DNA of 64,000 nt. Origin: Chara braunii (Eukaryota > Plantae > Charophyceae). The stretch covers positions 3,892,562 to 3,956,561 of the forward strand of contig BFEA01000030.1 of assembly GCA_003427395.1 (NCBI GenBank), written 5' to 3'. The translations under genes and the position numbers were made by a program. Shown here piece by piece: positions 25,300 to 36,411 of this stretch. Positions within the stretch are counted from its first letter, which is position 1. Every line of letters starts with the position of its first letter. The notes below the pieces were generated by a model, which did not search any database, was not told the DNA's origin, and saw only the letters and a list, made by a program, of their open reading frames with translations.

Positions 25300-28200
25300 G
25301 CCGGAATCTTCTCTCCAAGGCTTCCATCTTTGGATCGACAGACCCTACCTCAGTAAACCCAGTTGGAGTGTCGCTCAGTCCGGGGGACATTTGCGCTGTC
25401 CTCCAGTGATTCATATACCAGCCTCCATGGTCAGCACCGGCCCGAGGTCGATCGTCAGCAATCGCCCGACCATTATTCGGAACTCGATCACGATCGAAGT
25501 ATAAACGACCTGGCTGATTCCTCTCAGGTGGGATATGGGCATCCACACCAAGAGCATGTCTCCCATCAACACTACTACCCATGTCCTCACCCTCTCCTTG
25601 ATTGTCCCCTGCATGGGCTCCTGTTCTTCTCGGCATCGGGTACCACATGCCATGTGGCCTGCTGAACCGCATGTCGTAAGCAGAACGCCTGGCCATGCCA
25701 TTATCCCACCCCCACATTGGCGCATTATTTGCATACGCGTTTCCTGTTCGTGCAGCTGTGTGATGGCCTCGTCCGTAATCCGGGAGGGCCCCTCGCCCTA
25801 CAGCAGGTGCTGCAATGTCCCATCGGAACGTATCGTGCCAAGAAAAACTCGCGAGGTCCTCCTGAAGGTCTGGATTGATGAATTGCCTCGCATTCGAAAA
25901 CTGCCGGTTGCAGAACCCAAAACCGTCATCTCCACTGCCATCACTCTTTCCCTCTCCACCAGCCCCATCCGCTTGTCCCTCCTCTCTCGCCCCCATAGAA
26001 CCTGCTTTATGGATGGCAGCATTAGCATATTGAACCTTTGCAGATGCATCAGACACTGGCACCCGAGAAGAATGTGGTCTGTCAACTGTGGCAGGTGCAG
26101 TCTCAGCACGGACGAACTGCTCATTTGCCACATACTCTGAGCCTCCGCACAAGCCGTCAGCCCTGGCAGCGCACAAATGATCTACGCAGGCAGATTTCCC
26201 ACATGGTTGACAGGCAATTGCACAATGACCCTCCTCTGTGCAGGGAGACTTCTCACATGCGTGACGGGCAATGACACAATTACCCTCCTCATCAGCTTGT
26301 CGTTCACCTGCTACGAGCCCTTTCCCCCATGCTTGATGACATCCAGGCCTCCCCTTCACTCCCTCCATGGCTGCCGTGTGTTCTCTCTCCGCTGCATTGC
26401 AGGCTGTTCTCTCTGGCTGTGGCGAAGCGCAGCCTCTCCTCACCTCAGGACTGCAGCCCCCCATTGACAGTCGCCTAGGAATCGAGGGGAAGCCATCATC
26501 AAGATGCTCTCTGGCTCGACGATCAAATTTTGTCCGCAACTGAGAACCCAGACTTGGCAGGTCTTCTCTGCCAGCTGCAAGCGTTCTACTCCTGTGGCAA
26601 TCTGTATCGAGAGTGGCATCCCCCTGCGAAGGAAGTCTTCGCCTCTTCCTGGGGACAAGGCCTTCTGCACTGGAATGTGTCAGTTCATCATTCGCTCGCT
26701 CTCCCTCACTCTTCTGCAAGTGCCTGCCAGAAATATCCTCACCTCTGCGACCTACGTTGTGATTGCCCCCATGGCCACCATCCTGAAAACTGCCAGGGCT
26801 TTTGGCATCCTCGGGTAATCCTGCTATCCTTGGCGTGCTCTCTGATCCACCACGCTTTGTGTCTGTGGCTCGGTGTATTCCGGTGTAATTGGACCTATGT
26901 TCCGCTTCCCTGTTCTCCTCTACCATGGAAACTCCCTTGTCTGTTTTCCTCATGTTTCTCGTTCCTTCCTGCTCCACCAGCTCCGCATTCCTTAGCTCAC
27001 CTGACTCCACTCCCTGCCGTGGACTCGGCTCAGTCCTGATGCCATCTGCTACCTTGTGGTGTGTTCCAAAGTGATTAGACTTAATTCCCTCTCGTCTGTT
27101 GTCTTCTCCCATATGAAGTCCCCTGCCTGTTTTCCTGACGATTCTCCTTCTTTCCTGCTCCACCCCCTCATCATTCCTTCGCTCACCAGACCGCAATCCC
27201 TTTTCTGGACTTAGCTCACTCCTGGTGCCACCTGCCGTCACACACTTCAACTTTCCTGATTGAGTAAAACTGCTACCTCCTCTAGTATTACCTGCATCAC
27301 GTCTGCTTGTTTCAAACTTCTTCATGTTGTAGTAATTGCCTTCTAACTGCCCACTGGCACTAAGTGCAGCGGTCAAAGGCTCCTTGATCCTCCTCTTTTT
27401 CATTCGATGCTTCACGCTGCTCTGCCAGACATCTGCGAGCCCAAGACCAAGAGTCTGAACTGGCAAGTGTTCTTGCTTGCCTTTGTGACCAGACTGCTTC
27501 CAGATAACTCCAGCAGCAACGTCATCACACGTGAAAGGCAAAGCGTTCTCGTTGTTTCTCTTTGCACGCGGTGTGCCCACATTCCCATTATCATTATTTC
27601 CCTTTGCACGGGGGGGTGTTGCCTCCTTCCAGCAAGCCTTATCAGCATCTCCCAAGCCTCTCCCACTCCCTCTCCCTCTCCCTGGGTCAGCACCTGGGAC
27701 TGCCGCTGGGACTGGTACTGGGACCGACCGCACTTTCTTTCTGCCTTTCCCTATCCACCCCTTCCCATGGCAATACGGACACGGATACACAACACGGCTG
27801 TGATCGTTGGCTTTTCGTAGCCCCACTGGCTTTGCCAGTCGATTGGACAGGGACAGCGCCTTGCAACCCATTGCCTTCCTGGCGCCCATGCTCTTCATCT
27901 TCCTTCCCTCTTTGGGACCACCGCCAACCGTAAATCCTCTTGTCGTTTCAAGTTCGCATTCGATCCCCCCGGGCAAACTACGGTCGCCCTCGCCCTTCTC
28001 CCTTGTCGTGCACAGATCCTCTGGCTTTTTCTCAGCAGTAAGGGAAACCGCCTTTCCATTTGCATTGGACCTCTGTTCATCCCTACTCAGGCTGGTGTTG
28101 GCCCTTTTCTGGGTCTTGTCGAGGGCTTCACCAGCCAGCTCATCACAAGCCATTGCACTAGCTTTCCTCTTCCTCCTCAGCTCTACGGGCCGTGTCGCTT

Positions 28201-29328
28201 CTCTTTGCAGTTGACCATTTCCCACCATGCATCTCTGTGGACTTGCACAGGTATCCGGACCCCCCACTGGATCGGCTGCATCGTTCTGTTCCTTCGGGGT
28301 CGCCCCTTGAGCAGCTTCATCACAATTCGTAGCACTATCGCTCCTTGTCTTCATGCTCGGCATTACACATTGAATCTCTTCTCTTTGCAGTTTCCCCATC
28401 TTCATCTTGGTGATGCTTTCATCACCAGCACCACTCTCATCCGCAAGAGTCCCTTCCAAACCGGAGGCCGCCTTGGAGCTCTGTCTCGAATTCTCTCTCT
28501 CTCTTTTATTGCAGCCATCGTGCATTTCTTTCAGTGCTGAAGACACGTGGCACGCCTGCCCTTCACCTGTCTCTCCTTCTCCCATCTGCGTCTCCACCTC
28601 GTAGACTCCATTCACCCTTGCATCCTCGTTCCCAATGTCTTCAAATGCACGGCGTGGGCCCGGGCCCAGATCAGGTTCTTCACCGGGACCAGGTACAAAT
28701 GAGGCCAGACCAGGTTCTTCACCCGGACACGCTGCATGTAAGGCCACTCCAGGTTCTTCAATTGGACCAGGTTCACATGAGGCGAGATCAGCGGCTTCCC
28801 CTGGACCAGGTGCCCGTGCGGCCAGACCAGGTTCAGGTTCTTCACCTGGACCAGGTTCTTCACATGGTGCGTGTGAGGCCAGTTCAGATTCTTCACCTGG
28901 ACCAGGTGGGCGTGCGGCCAGACCAGGTTCAGGTTCTTCACCTGGACCAGGTTCTTCACATGGTGCGTGTGAGGCCAGGTCAGGTTCTTCACCTGGACCA
29001 GGTGCGCGTGCGGCCAGACCAGGTTCTTCACCTGAACCAGGTCCACTTGCACGTGGTTCCCCAGTCACGGCACTCCCTTGATTCCCTGAGATCAGATGGA
29101 CGATGGCTTCCTCACCTGCCTCACATGTGTTGTGCATGTCAACTCCAGCTCCGCCAAAGCTATCAGGAGGCCACTTGGCAGCACTTGAAAGGGAACCAAC
29201 CCTGTCACAGCAGTCTGGTTGGGCCGGATCACTGTGCGTTTTCCAGACCGCTTCAGAAGCTAGTTTTTTCTGCTCTTCCTGTTTCTCTGGCTCTGCAGTA
29301 GACTCAGATCTCATGACGGAAGGCACAG
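25300..29328 (-). CDS. Large (~4 kb) coding exon of an uncharacterised, largely disordered protein
   Basis: Stop-free 1354-codon frame. Pyrimidine-rich acceptor ...TCATTGCAG at 29331-29329, first in-frame ATG at 29314, donor-like GTGAGT at 25299 just before the ORF stop. Contains PGPGEEP repeats, a CPYCHGKG motif and basic NLS-like patches. No family recognised. Confidence 0.65.
28640..29045 (-). repeat. In-frame coding tandem repeat (PGPGEEP units; 96-nt higher-order unit)
   Basis: CCAGGTTCTTCACCTGGACCAGG recurs, and GACCAGGTTCAGGTTCTTCACC occurs at 28825 and 28921 (96 nt = 32 aa apart). The frame is preserved throughout. Confidence 0.85.
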
Positions 29329-29465
29329 CTGCAATGACAAGGCACAAAACAACCAAATCTCCACACCATTATTATTCCAAAGAGGGCACACACACCTGCT
29401 CCGGAGACCCCCAGTCGTCCAATTGAGCCCGAATGATTTAGTGGGCTTATAAGTGGCCACGTTAA

Positions 29466-29624
29466 ACCACCAGTACATGCGCACCTGAGGGCGCAGGCCT
29501 GACACCGGCACCGCAACTTTTGGGAGGCCAGAAACGTGACGCTGGCCATTGATGATTTTTATCGACGGCGCGCGCCCCCCCGGACCAAATGTTTTCTGCA
29601 AGACCGGGGCTCTGAACTGGCGGT
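29466..29624. mobile_element. Short TTAA-flanked MITE (piggyBac-like target)
   Basis: TTAA-ACCACCAGTACA ... TGAACTGGCGGT-TTAA (10/12 TIR match). Confidence 0.55.
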
Positions 29625-29905
29625 TTAAGAAAACCCATGACAAACAACAAAAGCAAGCATCCAGTCACATAATCTGAAAGACGTTTCTCACCTTTCTGTA
29701 TATATCTCCTTTTTTTGGCTAACATTTTCACACTTAGGCCACTTGCATGAATCTCTCTCTCTCTCGCGCGCACGCGCGTGCGCGCGCGTGCCCTCTGTGT
29801 GTCTGAAAAGGGGATGGCACCTAACATCATTATATGTGATTCCCTCACGGTTCGAGCTCATGATCTCTTTACTGACATTGACATGTGTCCACCATTCCGG
29901 CTGGG

Positions 29906-29936
<31 letters not shown>

Positions 29937-29937
29937 T

Positions 29938-30010
29938 TCATCCTTATTGCACAGGGGCCATGGCAATCTTCTGTGTATCCTTCCAATGTCCACAAATTAT
30001 CCCAAAGGGA
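29938..30010 (-). pseudogene. U6: Decayed U6 snRNA pseudogene (copy A)
   Basis: Reverse complement TCCCTTTGGGAT...ATTGGAAGGATACACAGAAGATTGCCATGGCCCCTGTGCAATAAGGATGA matches plant U6. The ACAGAGA box and AGC triad are mutated, and the 3' end runs into (AG)n. Confidence 0.75.
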
Positions 30011-30397
30011 GGTAGAGAGTGGAAGGGAGGGAGAGACGGGGAGAAGGGAGAGAGAGAGTTGAAGGACGGGACAGGGTGGAAGCAAGGGAGGGATGTGAAG
30101 GAGGGAGGGCGTAGGGGGCACAGCAGGAAAGAGGGGGAACAATGGAATGACACGGAGAGTGAAGGAGCGAGGAAGGACGAGGGAGCCAGAGCAAATGACC
30201 GAGGGAGGAAAGAAAGGAAAGGGAGGACCAGGTGGAAAGGGAGGGAGGAAGGCAAAGACGAAGAGTGAGGGAGGAAGCAAGGTATGAAAGGTGAGAGGCA
30301 CAGGCGGACAGAGACAGAGACAGATGATAGAGGAGGAAGGGAGGGAGGAAGGAAGAAAAAGGGGAAGGAGGAGAAGAAGGTGGGAAGGAACCGACTA

Positions 30398-30501
30398 CCA
30401 TCTTCACCCAAATAGAACGCCCGGTCATCATCAGCGCATCTAGACTGGAATTTGCCCCAAATACGGGTATAATGACCGGGCATTCTTTCGGGTGCAGACG
30501 G
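30398..30501. mobile_element. MITE family A, copy 2
   Basis: TA-CCATCTTCACCCAAATAGAACGCCCGGTCAT ... ATGACCGGGCATTCTTTCGGGTGCAGACGG-TA. Confidence 0.8.
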
Positions 30502-30709
30502 TAGGGAGGGATATAGGAAAGGCAGAAAGGGAGGGCAAAAGAACAACATGGAGAGAAGGGTACGCAGATGCCGACAACGTCGGATTCAGATATTGCCAAT
30601 GGATACAGGCTACTGGTCTGACAGGATGCTCAGGGGGGGAAAAGACACAAGATAAAAAGGCAAATCAAACGTCCTAGACAAGGTGAAGCACCAACTGGCC
30701 TAGCTCAGT

Positions 30710-30781
30710 AATTCAGGCCTGCATTTTAACAGTACAGGGGTGTACCAACACCCCTGTACTGTGAAAATACAGACCTGAATT
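30710..30781. repeat. 72-bp near-perfect palindrome
   Basis: AATTCAGGCCTGCATTTTAACAGTACAGGGGTGT-acca-ACACCCCTGTACTGTGAAAATACAGACCTGAATT. Confidence 0.8.
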
Positions 30782-30851
30782 AATTCGAATTCCACTGAGA
30801 GCAGATGACTAAAATACTACAATTCTGATCTACCCTAGGGGCGGTCAGCTC

Positions 30852-31285
30852 GATAATAATGGTATCAAAACTTTTTTTTTCCCTTTCAATATCAAAACTT
30901 TCAAAAGGTCATTTCCCTTTCTTTAAAAAAAAAAAAAAAAAAAAGGGAGGGAGGGGGGGAAAAAAAAAAAAAAAAAAAAGAGGTGAAGCAAAACCCTACC
31001 TGAGGGCCTTCTCTGTTTGGACCAGGTGCTTGGCAACGGAGCATTAATTCCCTTACAATCCTCATGATAATAATGATATCAAAACTTTTTCTTTTTTTTT
31101 TAATCAAAACTTTCAAAAGGCCATTGCCCTTCCTTAATAAATTAAAAAAAAAAAAAAAAAAAAAACTTGAGAGGGAGGAAAAAAAAAAAAAAAAGACGAG
31201 GTGAAGCAAAACCCTACCTGAGGCCCTTCTCTGTTTGGACCAGGTGCTTGGCAATGGAGCATTAATTCCCTTACAATCCTCATGG
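30852..31285. repeat. Tandem duplication (~215-bp unit with poly(A) runs)
   Basis: GATAATAATG.TATCAAAACTTT...GAAGCAAAACCCTACCTGAG...TTCCCTTACAATCCTCATG occurs twice. Confidence 0.8.
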
Positions 31286-31439
31286 TACCCAAGCCGTCGA
31301 TTGATGTGCCGCACCAGCTCCGGATCGTGTCCAATATATTTGTTGTAGCTGACAAAAAACACCAGAAAAACAATTCGACAAGACTTGGCAGTAAAATCGA
31401 TAATTTGAAAACAAAAGGTGGCAGCCACAAGGAGGGTAA

Positions 31440-31532
31440 ATTTCTCGATTTATGGGGGTCAAACTTGCGCAGGGGCCATGCTAATCTTCTCTGTCTCGCT
31501 CAAATTTTAACGGATGTCCCGTCCCGAAGGAC
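31440..31532 (-). pseudogene. U6: U6 snRNA retrocopy (copy B), tailless, with 18-bp TSD
   Basis: Reverse complement GTCCTTCGGGACGGGACATCCGTTAAAATTTGAGCGAGACAGAGAAGATTAGCATGGCCCCTGCGCAAGTTTGACCCCCATAAATCGAGAAAT. ACAGAGA and AGC are intact. Flanked by identical ACAAGGAGGGTAAATTTC at 31427-31444 and 31531-31548. Confidence 0.9.
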
Positions 31533-32035
31533 AAGGAGGGTAAATTTCAAAACTGTCACAAATGTGATGAGATTGGATCCGGATCTGAACTCAATTTTCA
31601 CCCTGTCGACCAAGTGTCTACTACAAGGGGAGTGAATTTCTGACAAGGGGGTGTCACACAAGCTGTCAAAGGGGGGGTGTAAATTTCAAATGTCACAAAT
31701 GTGGTGACATTGGATCCGGATCTGAAGTCAATTTTAACCCTGTTGACCAAGTGTCTACAACGGGGGTGAATTTCTGACAAAGAGGGGGGGGGGTTAAATT
31801 TCACACAAGCTGTCATAAGGGGGTTAAATTTCAAATGTGACAAATGTGATGAAATTGGATCCGGATCTGAACTCAATTCACCCTGTTGACCAAGTGTCTA
31901 CAAGGGGGGTGAATTTCTCACAAGGGGGGTAAATTTCACACAAGGGGGGTAAATTTCACACAAGGGGGGTAAATTTCACACAAGGGGGGTAAATTTCTCA
32001 CAAGGGGGGTCATCACGAGGGGGTTAAATTTCAAA
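31533..32035. repeat. G-run satellite: three ~140-bp units followed by ~5 copies of a 20-bp unit
   Basis: The large units contain TTGGATCCGGATCTGAA and CCCTGT.GACCAAGTGTCTAC. They are followed by (CAAGGGGGGTAAATTTCACA)n at ~31901-32010. Confidence 0.85.
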
Positions 32036-32810
32036 TTATACGAACATAGGCAGCAGAGAAAAGAGGAAAGCGGTTGCGCAAAGACAGCGGGATAGAGAGA
32101 GGATGGGCCAGGAGAGAGAGAGAGAGAAGAGAGAGAATACCACGGAGGGAGGGGTAAAGGAGGGAAGAGGAAGCGGAGAGAGGAACCGACGTGTGGAGAA
32201 CAGAGGCAAGTAGTGTAGGGGCAAAAGGAGATGCTGATGACACTTGTAATTTGTTCCGACCACAAATCACACGTATCGTCCGCATCTAGTTTTTCCAATG
32301 ACGTCAACAAGAAACGGTTGCTTGCAAAGAAAAAGAAAGAAAACACGAAGTAAAAAAGGGGAAAAAAAAAAAAAACGAAAGAAAACACGAAGTGGCTGCT
32401 TGCGGAATCGAATCAATCAGCTGCTTGTCGATGTCAGAACTTAAATGTGTCCCCTGACGGCCACAACAGGGAATGCCATCAATCATCTGATACTCTTCCA
32501 AGGCGACCACCACCCTTCTCCTCCTCCCTCATCTTCGCCTATCCCCTCCCCTTTCTCTCCTGCAAACACAAATATCAACTTTGCTCTCTTCTCCCACTTC
32601 CTCTGCTCCGCAGCACTCCCATCTCCCCCCCGTCCCGCAAATCGCCCCCCCCTTCCCCCCGCCTTCTCCTCTCCTCTCACACACAGACACGAAAGTTTTG
32701 AACGACCACTTCTAGTCCCCGACTCTCTCTTCCCCTCTCCCCGTTGCTCACACCCTGTCTCTGCATTCCACTTCGCATTCTCCGTCTTCTCTATCGTACC
32801 CCCTTTCTCC

Positions 32811-32875
<65 letters not shown>

Positions 32876-33415
32876 NNNNNNNNNNNNNNNNNNNNNNNNN
32901 NNNNNNNNNNNNNNNNNNNNNNNNNNNNNNNNNNNNNNNNNNNNNNNNNNNNNNNNNNNNNNNNNNNNNNNNNNNNNNNNNNNNNNNNNNNNNNNNNNNN
33001 NNNNNNNNNNNNNNNNNNNNNNNNNNNNNNNNNNNNNNNNNNNNNNNNNNNNNNNNNNNNNNNNNNNNNNNNNNNNNNNNNNNNNNNNNNNNNNNNNNNN
33101 NNNNNNNNNNNNNNNNNNNNNNNNNNNNNNNNNNNNNNNNNNNNNNNNNNNNNNNNNNNNNNNNNNNNNNNNNNNNNNNNNNNNNNNNNNNNNNNNNNNN
33201 NNNNNNNNNNNNNNNNNNNNNNNNNNNNNNNNNNNNNNNNNNNNNNNNNNNNNNNNNNNNNNNNNNNNNNNNNNNNNNNNNNNNNNNNNNNNNNNNNNNN
33301 NNNNNNNNNNNNNNNNNNNNNNNNNNNNNNNNNNNNNNNNNNNNNNNNNNNNNNNNNNNNNNNNNNNNNNNNNNNNNNNNNNNNNNNNNNNNNNNNNNNN
33401 NNNNNNNNNNNNNNN

Positions 33416-33494
<79 letters not shown>

Positions 33495-33687
33495 TGTGTG
33501 TGTCTGTGTGAGGCAAAGCTGATGGGTGCTTAGTACTCGTTACTACAGCTCGAAGGAGCTCTTATCACAAAGGTCAACACAGCTCTAGCCTGATTGATTG
33601 ATTGATTGATTGATTGACTGATGGATGCATGGATGCATGCATGGGTGAATGGGTGAATGAAGGGGGTGGTTCCTATCAATTACTCAC

Positions 33688-33827
33688 CATGCATTGAAGG
33701 CAGCATGATAGACTTGACGGAGCTTCTCGTATTCTGCCAGTGCTTTGGCGCTTTCCGGCCTCTTCGCAAGTCGCTCGGCCCATGCAAAGAGTTCCAACGT
33801 GGCGCTATACTCTGGCTTCGCTGCCAT
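33688..33827 (-). CDS. Candidate first coding exon (MAAKPEYSATLELFAWAERLAKRPESAKALAEYEKLRQVYHAAFNA-)
   Basis: ATG in a purine-rich context, helical protein-like composition, and an end at a GTGAGT donor (33687). Downstream exons not resolved. Confidence 0.35.
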
Positions 33828-34143
33828 CCTCTCCTTCCATCCTCCTCCTGTAACTGCTCTTCCCGCCATTTTCAAGCCAACTTGTAAAACATATGCTGCT
33901 TTCCATCCGACGTGTTCATTTGCCGTTTTCCCGCGTCTTTCTCACTCCACCCCTCCCCCTCCCCCTCTTCCGTGCCAGCCACTGCTCATGCACGAGCTGC
34001 TGCGTACAAACGACAGAACACTCACCCACCATCTCATGAATTTCAACTCCAATGATGTTTCACGATGGGTTAACACAGCTCTCCATCCGCTGGCATCCTG
34101 ATCCCTCCTTGTTCCGTCCATCTTCAGTCCAACTTGTCAATTC

Positions 34144-34236
<93 letters not shown>

Positions 34237-34369
34237 ATGACATCTTCCTAATAGCACTCCTCTCTCCACCGTCGCAGCTGTCCTCTTCTCGCCCCTACTG
34301 AAGCAGATGCACAAACCGACAGAGAAGACGAACGAATTTTCAACACCCATCTCACGAACTGCAAATGCA

Positions 34370-35005
34370 ATGATTGGTTAATGTGCTAATTAATGTGCGC
34401 TAATTAATGTGCTAGTTAATATAATGTATATTGGTTACTGATGGATTAATGATGGATTAATGTGCTAATTAATATATATATTGGTTAATGATGGGTTAAT
34501 GGTGGGTTAATAATGGTTTAATGATGGGTTAATGATGGGTTAACGATGGGTTGATGATGGGTGAAACCACCAATAAATCCGAGCCTCTTTTGAACGAGGT
34601 GGATTCGCCCTGCGCGCCAAGCTTTGTCGAAACGCCAGGGCAGCGTTTTTATGTTCGCTTTGACTGGCGCCGCGCCAGCCAGTTTGGTCCCATTAACTTA
34701 TCGTCAACCCATCATTAACCCATCATTAACCCATCATTAACCCATCATTGACCCATCATTATTAACCCACCAGTACGTGGCCCGAGGCAACTGAGAACAA
34801 ACGAGAGGCCATCTCCGAAAAGTGCGGAGGCTCTGGTTTAACGACGGGTTAGTGATGGGTAAATTATTGATTCGCAATCTCATCAAGGGTTGATGATGGG
34901 TTAATCATGGGTTGATGATGGGTTCATCATGGATTAACGATGGGTTAATCTTAGGTTAATGACGGGTTGATGATGAGTTAGTGGCGGGTTAATGATGGAT
35001 TAAGA
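34370..35005. repeat. GATGGGTTAAT-type 12-bp minisatellite in alternating orientation
   Basis: Forward arrays at ~34485-34562 and ~34840-35003, inverted array (ATTAACCCATC) at ~34700-34770. Confidence 0.75.
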
Positions 35006-35512
35006 ATCTCAGGAACGATCGAGTCCTCGTCGAAATGCTATTATCCGACAACGGACTGACTGGACCTGCAATTGGGCAAAATGTACTTTTTCATTCGGAT
35101 GTTCCGCTGGGACTCCCACTGGGACTTCAGTTCCCATTCGTTACAGTACTGCTCATGATTCCTTTCTCTTTTCAATTTGATAACTTACTTTTAGCTGTAG
35201 TACATCATTAAGCACTGCTGATGGGATCGATTCATTCTCTGTAGAATGACTGAACGCAGACGCCCCTGAACTTTGGGCGACCATATTTTTCACCTGATTT
35301 TTTGGTACTCACGTGTCAGCAGCATTCTCACGTATGATATCTACAGGTGTTTCCACTACCAGGCTTCTTTTTTAACTGATGTGAATCCGTTCGTTCTAAA
35401 AACCGTTCGTTCTTTACATCCATATATACCGAACCGTCACTCTCTACGCCCATTCAAGAAGAAGACAATAAGGAGAACGCGATAGAGAGCGAAAGAGAGA
35501 AAGAGAGAGAAA

Positions 35513-35544
<32 letters not shown>

Positions 35545-36180
35545 AAGAGAAAGAGAGAGAAAGAGAGAGAGAGAGATAAGCATAAATACGCATGAACACA
35601 GTGCCATAACTCTCTCTTCACACCTCTCTCTGCTTACCATCTGCAAATCGGACTAACGTCCTCCACAATAAAAGGGGCACTGTGGTATTGCTTACCATCT
35701 CCAAACATTTTTTTTTTATTATTATTTTTTTTTTTACAATCTCCAAACCTAACTCTAGAAGCAATAGAAGATATTCCTAATTGGTGGATCTCATTAATTG
35801 TTCTTCTGTCTTCTGCTTGCCGGGGATCCACCAATTAGGAATATCTTCTATTGATAGTAAAGTTAAGAGAAGCAACCGGACTGACGTCCTGCAGAACAGA
35901 AGGGGCACCCGCGTGCGTGTGTGGTTTAAAGGGAAAAAAAGAAGAAGAGAGAAGGCCCAGCGCAAAGAAAAGAAAAAGAGAGGAGTAGAAGACGAAGTGC
36001 CAGCGCAGCTCCGCCTGTGTCAGAAAGCATGATGGCAAGATGATCGTGTCATGAAGAGAGGGAGGACAGTTTCGAGAGAAGGTGGTTGGTAGTTGAAGAT
36101 GCCATGAATAGAAGGAATAGAGCAGGATAGGAAAAGAAGTCCACGGAATGCATCCAGGGAATATGAACCGAGATGTTATT

Positions 36181-36253
<73 letters not shown>

Positions 36254-36373
36254 GAGAAGAAGTGGGATGAGAATTGGTAGTAGTGTATATTAGATTGGAT
36301 TGGAGGTTTTCAAATTTGTAGAAATGCATAGGAATGTGCTTCTCTAGCTGGCCGGGATGGGGGGGGGGGGAGG

Positions 36374-36411
36374 CTGTCTCTTATACACATCTAGATGTGT
36401 ATAAGAGACAG
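36374..36411. other. Nextera mate-pair junction adapter (assembly artefact)
   Basis: Exact CTGTCTCTTATACACATCT+AGATGTGTATAAGAGACAG, i.e. two Tn5 mosaic ends head to head, near a contig end. Confidence 0.97.

Noticed and set aside
31533-32035. CRISPR-like regular repeats
   Set aside because: The intervening sequences are themselves repeated, there are no unique spacers or cas genes, and the context is eukaryotic.
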